A DNA stretch of 64,000 nucleotides. It comes from an uncultured Muribaculaceae bacterium. GTDB taxonomy: Bacteria > Bacillota_I > Bacilli_A > RF39 > UBA660. Location of the stretch: the NCBI GenBank assembly GCA_964629735.1, contig CAZVQX010000001.1:86984-150983 (forward strand), read 5' to 3'. Below the pieces are notes generated by a model. It was not told where the DNA came from. It saw only the letters and a program-made list of their open reading frames with translations, and did not search any database. The position numbers were made by a program, and so were the translations under genes. Positions 50,612 to 61,445 of this stretch are shown piece by piece. The stretch's first letter is position 1. Each line of letters starts with the position of its first letter.

Positions 50612-50995
50612 ATGGCTTATAAACCAAGAAAAAGAAAAGTTAAAAAAAATATTCCAGAAGGTAATGCTTATATTCATTCAACCTTTAACAACACGATTGT
50701 AACAATTAGTGATAAAGAAGGAAATGCAATCAGTTGGGCATCAGCTGGAACACTAGGTTTTAAAGGAAGTAAAAAGTCAACACCGTTTGCAGCTGGTATG
50801 TCAGCTGAAGCTGCTGGTAAAGCTGCCGCTGAGATGGGAATGAAAAAGATAGATGTGTTTGTAAGAGGACTTGGTTCAGGAAGAGATACTGCAGTTCGTT
50901 CATTACAAACTGCAGGTTTAGAAATTACTTCAATTACAGACGTAACACCTATACCACATAATGGATGTCGTCCGCCAAAACGACCAAGAGGATAA
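50612..50995 (+). CDS. rpsK: 30S ribosomal protein S11
   Basis: Conserved sequence and operon position. Confidence 0.97.
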   Translation: MAYKPRKRKVKKNIPEGNAYIHSTFNNTIVTISDKEGNAISWASAGTLGFKGSKKSTPFAAGMSAEAAGKAAAEMGMKKIDVFVRGLGSGRDTAVRSLQTAGLEITSITDVTPIPHNGCRPPKRPRG

Positions 50996-51017
50996 ATTAG
51001 AAAAGGAGTGTGTTAGA

Positions 51018-51968
51018 GTGTTAAATTTTGAAAAACCAGTATTTAAAATTACAGAATATGTTGAAAATAATAATTATGGTAAATTTGAGTTAGAGCCTTT
51101 AGAAAGAGGTTTTGGAACAACAATTGGTAATGCACTTAGACGAGTTATGTTATCTAGTTTACCTGGTAGTGCAATAGTTGCTGTTAAAATAGATGGCGTT
51201 ATGCATGAATTTCAAACGATTGAAGGCGTTGTTGAAGATGTGACATCAATCATATTGAATTTAAAGAATATTGTTATTAAAAATCATTCAAAAGAAATCA
51301 AAACAATAAAATTATCGGTTGCTAATGAGCAAGTAGTAACAGCCGCTGATATTGAGGTTGATTCTGATATTGAAATTATTAATAAAGATCAAGTAATTGC
51401 CACAATATCAAAAGGTGGTAAATTAGATATGGAAATGATTGTTGCTAATGGCCGCGGTTATGTACAATCGAATGAAAATAAAAAATTTATCGAAAATGAT
51501 AAATTAGGTTTTATATCAATTGATGCCCTTTATTCTCCTATTGAGAGAGTAAGTTATGAGGTTGAGGATGCGCGTGTTGGTCAAGATGACTCTTTTGACA
51601 AACTAACTTTTCATGTTTATACAAATGGTGGATTAAGGCCGGAGGAGGCTTTAGCACTTTCATCTAAAATTTTAATTGAACACTTAAAAATAATAACTGA
51701 CTTAAGTGAAATAACAGATCTAACAGGTGTTATGACAGCTAAAAAAGAGGATACAAAACAAAAGAAGCTGGAAACATCAATTGATGAATTAGAGTTTTCA
51801 GTAAGAGCATATAACTGTTTAAAGAGGGCAGGAATAAATACTTTAGGTGAATTAACTGAGAAAACTGAACTAGAGATGATGAAAATAAGAAATCTAGGAA
51901 AAAAATCATTAAAAGAAGTTGTTGATAAACTTAAAGAATTAGGACTAAAATTCCGGGATGAAGAATAG
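51018..51968 (+). CDS. rpoA: DNA-directed RNA polymerase alpha subunit
   Basis: VLNFEKPVFKITEY... N-terminal dimerisation domain and alpha-CTD. Probable GTG start at about 51018, 9 nt after AGGAG; the ORF track opens at 50961 and overlaps rpsK. Confidence 0.9.
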   Translation: MLNFEKPVFKITEYVENNNYGKFELEPLERGFGTTIGNALRRVMLSSLPGSAIVAVKIDGVMHEFQTIEGVVEDVTSIILNLKNIVIKNHSKEIKTIKLSVANEQVVTAADIEVDSDIEIINKDQVIATISKGGKLDMEMIVANGRGYVQSNENKKFIENDKLGFISIDALYSPIERVSYEVEDARVGQDDSFDKLTFHVYTNGGLRPEEALALSSKILIEHLKIITDLSEITDLTGVMTAKKEDTKQKKLETSIDELEFSVRAYNCLKRAGINTLGELTEKTELEMMKIRNLGKKSLKEVVDKLKELGLKFRDEE

Positions 51969-51983
51969 GTTAGGAGGAATATT

Positions 51984-52331
51984 ATGTATAGAAAACTAGG
52001 CCGAGATAATAAACACCGAAGAAGTATGTTGGCTAATTTAACTAAAGATTTAATTATGAATGAAGAAATTAAAACAACAGAAACAAGAGCTAAAGAAGTT
52101 CGTAAATTTTTAGATAAAATGGTTACATATGGTAAAAAGGGTACTTTAGTATCAAGAAGAAAAGTATTAGCTTTTTTACATAATGATAATGTTGCCACCC
52201 AAAAAGTATTTGACGATTTAGCTGTAAGATATGCTAACCGTAATGGTGGTTATACAAAAATTTTAAAATTAGATGAACGTCGTGGTGACGATGCATTAAT
52301 GGTTATTTTAAAATTAGTAGAAGAAGAGTAA
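51984..52331 (+). CDS. rplQ: 50S ribosomal protein L17
   Basis: [19 protein letters not shown]. Confidence 0.97.
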   Translation: MYRKLGRDNKHRRSMLANLTKDLIMNEEIKTTETRAKEVRKFLDKMVTYGKKGTLVSRRKVLAFLHNDNVATQKVFDDLAVRYANRNGGYTKILKLDERRGDDALMVILKLVEEE

Positions 52332-52347
52332 TAAACTCTTTTTTTTT
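52324..52347 (+). terminator. Rho-independent terminator ending the alpha operon
   Basis: AAGAGT-aataa-ACTCTT then TTTTTTT. The stop codon lies in the stem. Confidence 0.55.
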
Positions 52348-52493
52348 GGTTCTTTGTCAAATAGTTGGGTAAAATAAAGAAATATTAAAACTTTACTTAA
52401 TACCTATAATAGTATTTTGTTGTCTTTTTTTTTGGATAACAGCTGAAAGTATAAATTATTCAAAATACTACAGCAATCATCGAAATAGGTATA

Positions 52494-53277
52494 ATGAATT
52501 CAAACAATACTGCGAAGAAACCCCTCTTTTTTCATTGATGAATATGTTCAAGAAGCATGTAAAAACCTAAAAGAATATGAACCCTATCAAACAGATGTAA
52601 GTAACGCTTTTTTTCAAAATAAAATATCTAGTATATTAAGAATGTTAGATTTGTTTACACCGTTTTTAATAATCATAATGAATATTTGGGTAATTCGCTC
52701 TAAATTTAAAAGTGGCTATTTTAAAAATTTATTATTAAGAGAAAAATATTCAAAAGTAGTTTTTAAAGAGATTTTATAAAGTTACGGATTTGTTTTTGTT
52801 ATTCCTATTTCATTGATAATGGGTTTCCTCATTTTATATATTATTACTGGAACATTTGATCCTTCATATGCAATAAAACACGATACAACCTATGTTGTTG
52901 ATCATTTTTTAGAAATACTAATTCTTTTTCTAACATTTTATACAATTAGTTTATTTTTATATAATTTATTCATTGCCAATATTGCTTTATTTTTTGCCGA
53001 TAAAGGTATTAATAAAATTTTAGTAATCTTTGCTTCTTTTATTACTTTCTTTATATTAGGGCTAGCTTTTGAAGTTATAATATTTACAATAATTACACTT
53101 ACATTTAGAAATATTATGATCCCAGAATTATTATTTTATAGTTTTTGAAATTATGAACCAGCAGCAACTATTTTTTTTGAATTTGGTTATAGTTTATCCC
53201 TTTTCGTTTCGAGTTTAATAGTTGTTCTAATATTCTATAGTAATAAAGAGAAGGTGATTACCCAAAATGAAAAGTGA
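52494..53277 (+). pseudogene. Disrupted ABC-2-type permease-like membrane gene (one frameshift and two in-frame stops)
   Basis: Start MNSNNTAKKPLFF, then a +1 shift in a T6 run. The frame continues through the 52813-53148 ORF and beyond, interrupted by in-frame TAA (52777) and TGA (53146). Confidence 0.5.
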
Positions 53278-54001
53278 TTTTATTTATAAATTTTCAATGA
53301 AAATTGTTAATTGGTTATTATTTAAGTTACTAGTGGGATTAGTTTTAATCCTCTCAATTTATATGTTTTTTTCTAGTAATGTAGATATGAGCTATATAAA
53401 TCTACTTATTAGAGGTTATACATCTTCATGGTATATATTAGCAACAAACATTTTTATTCCTCTGATATTAATTATAAACTTATATTATGATTTCAACAAA
53501 AATTACCCATACTTTAATCGTTTAAAAAAGCATAAGCAATATTTATCTAGTTATTTTAAATCAGTCATCATTACTTACAGTTTTATCTTTTTGATTGCAT
53601 TAATAATAAATATGATTTTAATGAATTTGAGTAGTTATCGTCTGAAAATAGAAGTTTTTTTTAATGATAACTTTCCTAATATAATTCGTTTAATAATAGT
53701 TTTTATTAAAGTGTATTCTATTACTTTAATGATTTGTTTAATTAATTCATCATTAATCCAGTTGCTAAAAACACCATTTTTAACAATAGTAAACATTACT
53801 CTTTATTATTGGTATTTAAATCCCACTATATCAATAACAGAGATAGGTAAGATTTTTCCGATCTTTTTAAATCCTAGAAAATATATTATTCACTTAAATT
53901 ATAGTTCAGTTATTACAAAATTATTTATGTTTGGATTTTATCTGATTATATTACTATCAATTTTCAAAATATTTAATTCACTTATCTTAAAAAAAATTTA
54001 A
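53267..54001 (+). CDS. Polytopic membrane protein (ABC-2 permease-like, apparently intact)
   Basis: 244 aa with six predicted transmembrane helices. Confidence 0.4.
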   Translation: MKSDFIYKFSMKIVNWLLFKLLVGLVLILSIYMFFSSNVDMSYINLLIRGYTSSWYILATNIFIPLILIINLYYDFNKNYPYFNRLKKHKQYLSSYFKSVIITYSFIFLIALIINMILMNLSSYRLKIEVFFNDNFPNIIRLIIVFIKVYSITLMICLINSSLIQLLKTPFLTIVNITLYYWYLNPTISITEIGKIFPIFLNPRKYIIHLNYSSVITKLFMFGFYLIILLSIFKIFNSLILKKI

Positions 54002-54019
54002 ATTAAAAGGAGTAATTTC

Positions 54020-54665
54020 ATGATTTTTCGAAATGAACTCAATATTCCGAAAAGTAAAATATTCAGATTATTTTTAATTCAATTAATAGTATTAATAGCA
54101 GTGATGGTTATTTTTAACCTCACAAACAATCAAAGTTTAACACCGGAAGCTATCTTGGGGCTTACTCATGATAAAAACTCATTACCCATTGAATTATTCT
54201 TATATGGTTTAAATTGGGTTTCTACCATTATTTCATCTTATAGAAAGTTTTAAATTAGGTATTCAAAATTTATTTTTAAGAGGCTCTTTAAAAAAATGGA
54301 TAATAGTTAAAACTATATTAATTATAGGGTATGTATTAATATATAAGTTTATATTATATTTTATGATATCTTTTATCGGTAATATTAATTATCTAAATTT
54401 TCAAATGTTTTTATATTATCCAACCGATATTTTACTTTCTTTAATATTTATTTTTATAAGTTTACTAGTGTTAATTTTTTTTAAGGGTTATACAGTGAGT
54501 ATTATTATAATTTTTATACTTTTTTTAGGGATATTGACATTTCCTATTACAGTTGTAAATGTAAAAACTTATCAATATGTTTTATTATCCATTCTTTTAA
54601 TTTTAGTTGGTCTTTTTTATAAAATATTTAAAAAAAGATATTATAATATTTATGAAAAAATTTAG
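54020..54665 (+). pseudogene. Frameshifted membrane-protein gene (track ORFs 54020-54253 and 54363-54665 are one gene split by a -1/+1 shift near 54213-54253)
   Basis: The downstream ORF's frame is open back to 54213 and overlaps the upstream ORF's 3' end in another frame. Confidence 0.45.
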
Positions 54666-54673
54666 GAGGAATT

Positions 54674-55318
54674 ATGAAAATAGAAGTTAAAAATGTATCA
54701 AAAAGTTTTAAGAAAGTACCTATTCTTGAGGATATTAATATTAATTTTGAACCTGGCAACATCTATGCTTTAGTAGGTATAAATGGTAGTGATAAAAGTG
54801 TTTTTTTTAAAACTATTATGTGGTTTTTATAAACCGGACACAGGTGAAATACTAATAGATGGTATTGATATAATAAAAAATGGTGACTTTTCGCCATCAA
54901 CTCGTGCATTACTTGATTCACCATTCTTTTTGTCCGAATTATCTGGGTTAGAAAATTTAAGTCTTTTAGCCAAAGTCAATCTAACTTAACTAAAGAGGAT
55001 ATCAAAACAGCATTAGAAATGGTTAATCTAACAGAAGAAATGAATAAAAACTATATGTTTTACTCTTATGGAATGAAACAAAAACTTGGCATTGTACAAG
55101 TATTAATGGAAAATCCTGATTTAATGATATTTGATGAACCATTTAATGGAATAGAAGAAAAAACAGTTGTTAAATTAAGAAAAATATTTTTGAAGTTGAA
55201 AAAGGAGAAGAAAATAATAATTATTTCTACTCATATTAAAGACGATGTTAAGCTTTTGGCAGATTATATATACCAGTTTGATGATAAAAAGATAACTCTA
55301 ATAGAGAATGTTGAATAG
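54674..55318 (+). pseudogene. ABC transporter ATP-binding protein gene broken by two frameshifts
   Basis: Walker A GINGSxKS at the T8 run (54803-54810), then LLKLLCGFYKPDTGEILIDG in the +1 frame, then the signature-like YSYGMKQKLGI, Walker B LMIFDEP and H-loop STHI in a third frame (track ORFs 54783-54989 and 55019-55318). Confidence 0.55.
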
Positions 55319-55329
55319 ATAATAACTAT

Positions 55330-55349
55330 TAAAAGCCTAAGGCTTTTTT
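55330..55349 (+). terminator. Rho-independent terminator
   Basis: AAAAGCC-taa-GGCTTTT then TTT. Confidence 0.5.
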
Positions 55350-55775
55350 TAAAAAAATCTGTCAATAACTTTCAAAAAATCAAATAAAGTAGGTATGAAT
55401 TTAAAATATAAAGGGATTCCACCGGGAAATGATAATCACTGTTCTTATAAAGTGCTTAATAATTGAATAATAAACATGATAAGGTTATTTAAAAATCATC
55501 GTAATTTTGTAAGTCAGATATAATCAACAAAATTAATAGTAGTAACCAAAAAGGTATTTTTAATTTTAAAAAAGAATAAATTATGTAATTATAGTTTTCG
55601 TTTAAAATAATTTTGATGTTTGTTAATTTAATTAATAAAAAATAAAGACTGGATCTGTATTAATAGAAAGAATATGTTTTTGACTTAATCAATGAATACT
55701 TTGTCTAATTTAAATATAAAGTTGTTTTATGAATCGATATGCTATATAATTATAGTAGTGGAAGGTGTTGATAAT

Positions 55776-56528
55776 ATGAAAGTTTTAATAACAGGTGCGA
55801 GTTCTGGAATAGGTGCTGATATGGCAAGAATTTTTAGTAATCGTGGTTATGATTTGATTTTAGTAGCAAGGAATAAAGAAAAATTAGAATTATTAAAAAA
55901 AGAATTAAAAACAGATGTTAAAATAATTACAATGGATTTATCAAGTACTTTTAATTGTATGAAATTATATAATCGTGTTAAAAAAGAAAATGTTGATATT
56001 CTTATTAATAATGCTGGTTTTGGTGTTTTTGGTGAATTTACAGATACTAATTTAGATCGTGAATTAGATATGATTGACTTAAATATTAAAGCGGTTCACA
56101 CTTTAACTAAAGTTTTTTTGAAAGATTTTAAAGAAAAAAATAGTGGCTATATTTTAAATGTCGCTTCGTCTGCAGCCTTTACTTCAGGTCCTTTAATGGC
56201 CACTTATTATGCAACCAAAGGTTATGTTTTAAAATTAACTGAAGCAATATATGAAGAATTAAGAAAAACAAATAGTAATGTATATATTGGAGCTTTATGT
56301 CCAGGACCGGTTAATACAAATTTTAATAATGTTGCAGGAGTTCAATTTGGTGTAAAAGCTTTAGAGAGTTATGATGTTAGTGAATATGCAATAAAACAAA
56401 TGTTTAAAAGGAAATTAATTATCATACCTGGTTTCTCTAATAAGTTTGCTGCATTTATTATTAGATTATTACCAAGAAAATTAATGCTAAGAATAACTTA
56501 TCGTATTCAAAAAATGAAAGAAATATAA
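55776..56528 (+). CDS. SDR-family short-chain dehydrogenase/reductase
   Basis: TGASSGIG cofactor motif, and the catalytic YxxxK motif (YYATKGY). Start at the ATG at 55776. Confidence 0.8.
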   Translation: MKVLITGASSGIGADMARIFSNRGYDLILVARNKEKLELLKKELKTDVKIITMDLSSTFNCMKLYNRVKKENVDILINNAGFGVFGEFTDTNLDRELDMIDLNIKAVHTLTKVFLKDFKEKNSGYILNVASSAAFTSGPLMATYYATKGYVLKLTEAIYEELRKTNSNVYIGALCPGPVNTNFNNVAGVQFGVKALESYDVSEYAIKQMFKRKLIIIPGFSNKFAAFIIRLLPRKLMLRITYRIQKMKEI

Positions 56529-56636
56529 TATTAAAATTACATTTTGGGAAAACAATATAAAAATATTGTTTTTTTTGTCGAATAATTAATGTCTTATTAA
56601 TTAATGTCACCTAATATTATTTTATAGGTGATTAAT

Positions 56637-59240
56637 ATGGAAATTGGTAAAATTGGCTTAACTAATAAACAAGTAACTGAATCAAGATTAAAGTATGGTA
56701 GTAATCAAATCAGTGTGAAAAAAACTCATACTTTTTTTCAACTATTTATCGAGAGCCTTGGTGAGCCGATGACTAAAATATTATTAATCGCTTTAGCTGT
56801 GAAAACCTTATTTTTACTAAGTAATTTTGATTGGTATGAAACTGTTGGTATTGCAATCGTTATATTCATCGCTTCTTTAATATCGACTGTTTCAGAATAT
56901 GGGAGCGAAGAATCATTTAAAAAGTTACAAGATGAAGCATCTAAAATTAATTGTCGTGTTTATCGGAATGGTGAACTAAAAGAAATATCAATAGATGAAG
57001 TTGTTAAAAATGACATTGTTTCTCTTCAGTTTGGTGATAAAATACCTGCTGATGGAATTGTTATTAAAGGTTCGGTTGAAGTTGATGAATCTTTAATAAA
57101 TGGCGAATCAAAAGAAGTTACAAAAGATATAAATAATAATAAATTATTTAGAGGTAGTGTTATTTGTGCCAATGCTTGTTTGATGTTAGTTACTTCTGTT
57201 GGTGATAAAACAGTATATGGTAGCATAGGTCTTGAACTTCAAGAAGAAAAAAGGGAAGGACCATTAAAATATCGTCTTCGAATGTTAGCAAGATTAATTA
57301 GTAAATTAGGATACATAGGGGCTTTTTTAGTTGCCTTTTCTTATTTGTTTGATATGATTATAATAAAAAATAATTTTAATATAGATGCTATTAATCAAAC
57401 TATATATAATACGCCCTTATTAATTGGTTATATTCTCCATGCAATAACATTAGCAATTACAGTAATTGTAGTAGCTGTCCCTGAGGGATTGCCTATGATG
57501 ATAACTCTAGTACTTTCTAAAAATATGAAAAAAATGTTAAATGACAATATTCTGGTAAGAAAACTATTAGGTATAGAAACTTTTGGAAGTATGAATATAT
57601 TGTTTACTGATAAAACAGGCACTCTTACTAAAGGGAAGTTAGAAGTTGTTAATTTTATTGATGCTAATGGGTTTGATTATGGTAACATAGTTCATAAAAA
57701 TAAATTATTTGATTTATTAAATATATCATTAAAGTATAATAATTTATCAACTTATGATAAAGAAAAAAGACAAGCAATTGGTGGTAATGCAACAGATCGA
57801 GCATTATTAGAGTATGCTGTTACTTATCAAAACAATAGTCAAATATTGATGGGACGTCAAACACCTTTTAATAGCCAATCGAAAATCTCATCGACTAAAA
57901 TTACTGGTGATTATAATTTGACCTTGATTAAAGGAGTTCCCGAAAAAATTATAAAAGCGTGTAATTATTATTATGATAATAATGGCCGCCAGCAGAGGTT
58001 TGAAAATAAAAATAATTTAATTACTAAGATGGAAAAATTATCTGAACAAAGCTTTCGTTTTATTGCCGTTGCAACATCATCATTAGATATAAAAAGTAAT
58101 GATATTTTAAATAATTTAACGTTAGTAGGTTTAGTAGGAATTAGGGATGATATTCGCGATAATGTTAAGGAGTCAGTTATAAAAGTTCAAAATGCGGGTA
58201 TTAAAGTTGTTATGATGACTGGTGATTCAAAAAAAACAGCAGTAGCTATAGCTAAAGAGGTAGGATTATTAACAAATAATTCTTATATTATAACAAGCGA
58301 TGAATTAGCTAAAATGTCAGATCAAGAAATATCAGAAAAAATAATGAATATTAGTGTTATTGCCCGTGCACTACCAAGTGATAAAAGTAGATTAGTGAGA
58401 ATCGCTCAGAAGTTAAACTTAGTAGTAGGTATGACTGGTGATGGGGTTAACGATGCTCCAGCAATAAAAAAAGCAGATGTTGGTATTGCAATGGGAAGTG
58501 GTACAGAGGTTGCCAAAGAGGCCGCTGATGTAGTTATTTTAGATGATAATTTTGAATCAATATCTAAAGCAATATTATATGGTCGAACAATTTTCAAAAA
58601 TATTCGTAAATTTATTATTTTACAATTAACAATAAACATGTGTGCTGTTGGTATTTCCGTTATTGGTCCATTTATTGGTATAGACAACCCAATAACTGTG
58701 ATACAAATGTTATGGGTTAACATGGTAATGGATACCCTTGCCGCTTTAGCCTTTGCTGGTGAACCAGCTCTAGATGAGTATATGAATGAATTGCCTAAAA
58801 AAAGAGATGAAAACATTGTCAATAATTATATGAAATATCAAATAATTTTTACTGGTTTGTATTCATTTCTTTTATGTTTATTGTTTTTAAAATTACCAAT
58901 TTTCAAAACAATTTACATGGATGGTTCAAATGAAATATATTTAATGACTGCATTTTTTGGTTTGTTTATTTTTATAGGGATATTTAATTGTTTTAATGCC
59001 AGAACTCATCGTTTAAATATATTAGCTAATATTTTACAAAATAAAGGTTTTATTATTATAATAATTCTTATTTCAGTTATTCAAGTTTATATTATTTACT
59101 TTGGAGGTTCATTATTTAGAGTTTCAAGTCTTAGTTTTTTAGAGCTTACTATAATAATTATTTTGGCTTTATCAGTAGTTCCTGTTGATTGGATCCGTAA
59201 GTTATGGTTACGTTATAAAGGTGAAAATACTGGCGTTTAA
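56637..59240 (+). CDS. Cation-transporting P-type ATPase, Ca2+-type (PMCA/YloB-like)
   Basis: DKTGTLT phosphorylation site, TGDGVNDAPA hinge, ten transmembrane helices. Confidence 0.85.
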   Translation: MEIGKIGLTNKQVTESRLKYGSNQISVKKTHTFFQLFIESLGEPMTKILLIALAVKTLFLLSNFDWYETVGIAIVIFIASLISTVSEYGSEESFKKLQDEASKINCRVYRNGELKEISIDEVVKNDIVSLQFGDKIPADGIVIKGSVEVDESLINGESKEVTKDINNNKLFRGSVICANACLMLVTSVGDKTVYGSIGLELQEEKREGPLKYRLRMLARLISKLGYIGAFLVAFSYLFDMIIIKNNFNIDAINQTIYNTPLLIGYILHAITLAITVIVVAVPEGLPMMITLVLSKNMKKMLNDNILVRKLLGIETFGSMNILFTDKTGTLTKGKLEVVNFIDANGFDYGNIVHKNKLFDLLNISLKYNNLSTYDKEKRQAIGGNATDRALLEYAVTYQNNSQILMGRQTPFNSQSKISSTKITGDYNLTLIKGVPEKIIKACNYYYDNNGRQQRFENKNNLITKMEKLSEQSFRFIAVATSSLDIKSNDILNNLTLVGLVGIRDDIRDNVKESVIKVQNAGIKVVMMTGDSKKTAVAIAKEVGLLTNNSYIITSDELAKMSDQEISEKIMNISVIARALPSDKSRLVRIAQKLNLVVGMTGDGVNDAPAIKKADVGIAMGSGTEVAKEAADVVILDDNFESISKAILYGRTIFKNIRKFIILQLTINMCAVGISVIGPFIGIDNPITVIQMLWVNMVMDTLAALAFAGEPALDEYMNELPKKRDENIVNNYMKYQIIFTGLYSFLLCLLFLKLPIFKTIYMDGSNEIYLMTAFFGLFIFIGIFNCFNARTHRLNILANILQNKGFIIIIILISVIQVYIIYFGGSLFRVSSLSFLELTIIIILALSVVPVDWIRKLWLRYKGENTGV

Positions 59241-59291
59241 ATTGATTTTTAAATTAATTATGATATAATGAATATATGATAGGAGGTATAT

Positions 59292-59666
59292 ATGAAATTA
59301 TTTAAATGTGAAATCTGTGGTAATATTGTAGAATTACTGAATGATGGTGGTGGTACTCTTGTTTGCTGCGGTCAAGAAATGAATGAAATTTTAATTAATG
59401 AAGAAGAAAACAATTATGAAAAGCATCTTCCATATTTAAAAAGAGATGGAAACAAAGTAATTGTTGAGGTTGGTGAGGCTCATCATCCAATGATAGAAGA
59501 ACATTATATTGAGTGGGTTGCGTTAGTAGAAGGGAATAAAGTTAATAAAATAAACTTAAATCCAGGTGACGAACCAATAGTTGAATTTAATGTTGAAACT
59601 GATAACTTTATAGTTTATGCATATTGTAATATTCATGGATTTTATCAGACAAAAAGCACTAAATAG
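59292..59666 (+). CDS. dfx: Desulfoferrodoxin (2Fe superoxide reductase)
   Basis: N-terminal desulforedoxin CxxC...CC. C-terminal neelaredoxin site HHPM...H...CNIHG. Confidence 0.85.
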   Translation: MKLFKCEICGNIVELLNDGGGTLVCCGQEMNEILINEEENNYEKHLPYLKRDGNKVIVEVGEAHHPMIEEHYIEWVALVEGNKVNKINLNPGDEPIVEFNVETDNFIVYAYCNIHGFYQTKSTK

Positions 59667-59678
59667 TGCTTTTTTTAA

Positions 59679-60566
59679 TTATTTATTTGTTAATCTATAA
59701 AGGTTAATTGAAGGTTTATTAAATAAACGAACATCTAAGTTTGAAGTTCCTAAACCGCTTGATATAAATAAATCGGTATTATTTAATTTGTAAAATTCTT
59801 TATAATATTTTTTGGCACCTGGTGGTAAAATGATTGCACCAATACCTGGTATTTTAACTTGACCGTTATGCGAGTGACCGGCTAATATTAAATCAAAATT
59901 ACTATATTTAAAATTATCAATGTAATCAGGTTCGTGCATTATTAAAATTTTATACTTTGGCATTTCAATATCAAGATTGTTATTTGGTAAGGTTATATCT
60001 TTAATGAAATCATTCATAGGTTTTAGTTTTTCATTTAATGTTAAACTCCCATGAAGGTTGCTACTTATACCATTTATTAAAATAGGTTCAATTCCATTAT
60101 AATATATTAAATCGTAATTATCATCTAAATTAATAAAACCGCTTTTTTTAATTATTTCGTCCCAATCATTATGTGCAAAATCATGATTTCCTCGAATGGC
60201 ATATTTATTGATAGTTACCTTTATTTTTTTTAAGTTAATAATTATATTTTTTTTATCATCACTAGTTAATTCAATATCTCGATCTAATAAATCACCGGAT
60301 ATAATAACTAAATCAGCTTTAATTGTATTTATTTTATCTACAACCTTCTTCAATTCTTTATTATTGATTGTCCTTCCGTAATGGATATCTGTTAAATGTA
60401 CTACTTTTAATCCATGTAAATTAGTAGGAATTTTAGAGTTGGTTATTTTATATTCTTTAACAACTAATCCTTTAACCCCAATGTATCTAGCATATAAAAA
60501 AATAAAGGTTATTAAAATAACCAAGGTAATTAGTATAATAAATATTTTTCTCTTCATCATAACCAC
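59679..60566 (-). CDS. Membrane-anchored calcineurin-like metallophosphoesterase (YkuE-like)
   Basis: VHLTDIHYG...GDLLDRD...GNHDF...GHSHNG motifs. Probable start at 60557. Confidence 0.75.
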   Translation of the reverse strand: MVMMKRKIFIILITLVILITFIFLYARYIGVKGLVVKEYKITNSKIPTNLHGLKVVHLTDIHYGRTINNKELKKVVDKINTIKADLVIISGDLLDRDIELTSDDKKNIIINLKKIKVTINKYAIRGNHDFAHNDWDEIIKKSGFINLDDNYDLIYYNGIEPILINGISSNLHGSLTLNEKLKPMNDFIKDITLPNNNLDIEMPKYKILIMHEPDYIDNFKYSNFDLILAGHSHNGQVKIPGIGAIILPPGAKKYYKEFYKLNNTDLFISSGLGTSNLDVRLFNKPSINLYRLTNK

Positions 60567-61256
60567 CTAACTAAAAAGTAATAATAATACTTGTAATGAC
60601 ATTAAAATACCATTATGCATAAAATGAAGTCCAATCGGGACTAAAATGTTATCATCCTCAGCTAAAGTAAGCGAAAAAGCAATGCCTGGAATTGAGTAAG
60701 GGATAATAAAAAGCAAGTCTGAAAAATTGTCAACAGTTCCCAAAACATGAAATGACCCAAATGTGAAAGCTGAAAAAAGTATAAAACTTATATTGTCGCT
60801 GAACATGTATCTAAAACTTTGACGGAATACTAATTCTTCTAAAATAGGTGCTACTAAAACCGCAGATATAAAAATAATAAACGGATTAATTTTAAACATT
60901 TCCTTAATTAATTCTTCATTATTTGGAAGCGAACTTTTAGTGAAAAACAAAATAGTGAAATTACTTAATGCCATAAAAATGAGAGATATTAACCAATATT
61001 TGAAATATTTTTTAAAATATATTCTGTGATTTTTTTTAATATCTAAATAGTCATTTTTAAGTTTTTTTCGTAGTAAGTACATAATAATAAAGGTTAAAAT
61101 TATAGAAACAGTCAATGAGTAAATCATTGCAAAATTTTCTGATATATTATTAATATTTAATAATAGTAGAGGTATATGTTTTAAATATGAAACGGCTGTG
61201 TAAAGTAAAAAAATTCCAATCCCCAACCATCCATCTTTTGTTTTATTTTTATCCAT
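60567..61256 (-). CDS. CPBP-family intramembrane metalloprotease (CAAX protease/Abi)
   Basis: EELVFRQ...FGSFH...HFMHN motifs. Confidence 0.7.
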   Translation of the reverse strand: MDKNKTKDGWLGIGIFLLYTAVSYLKHIPLLLLNINNISENFAMIYSLTVSIILTFIIMYLLRKKLKNDYLDIKKNHRIYFKKYFKYWLISLIFMALSNFTILFFTKSSLPNNEELIKEMFKINPFIIFISAVLVAPILEELVFRQSFRYMFSDNISFILFSAFTFGSFHVLGTVDNFSDLLFIIPYSIPGIAFSLTLAEDDNILVPIGLHFMHNGILMSLQVLLLLFS

Positions 61257-61385
61257 TTTATCATCTCCATATTAATTATATCAAAAAAAATACATATATT
61301 ATATATATAATAGTTATTTTTTAATTAAAATAACTTTAAAAAACTTTTTTCCCTTGTAAAAACTATACCAAATTTAAAATAGTTA

Positions 61386-61430
61386 TGATATAATGTAAAA
61401 GAGAAAGGAAAGTGGGTAGCCCCACTTTTT
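61386..61430 (+). promoter_or_regulatory. Extended -10 promoter (TGATATAAT) followed at about +10 by a leader intrinsic terminator/attenuator (AAGTGGG-tagc-CCCACTT-TTTTT) upstream of rimP-nusA
   Basis: The hairpin plus U-run sits between the promoter and the rimP RBS (AGGTGA). Confidence 0.45.
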
Positions 61431-61445
61431 CAAATAGGTGATGTT

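Noticed and set aside
53146-53148. In-frame TGA possibly read as Trp (genetic code 4, Mollicutes-like) given the very low GC
   Set aside because: Elsewhere in the window Trp is always TGG (for example in SecY and SecA), and TGA is a functional stop (for example at walJ 28325). The standard code applies; the TGA is a disabling stop in a pseudogene.
55350-55775. About 430-bp ORF-free spacer before the SDR gene as a possible ncRNA or riboswitch
   Set aside because: Extremely AT-rich, with no stable helices or recognisable riboswitch cores by eye. It most likely holds the promoter and UTR only.
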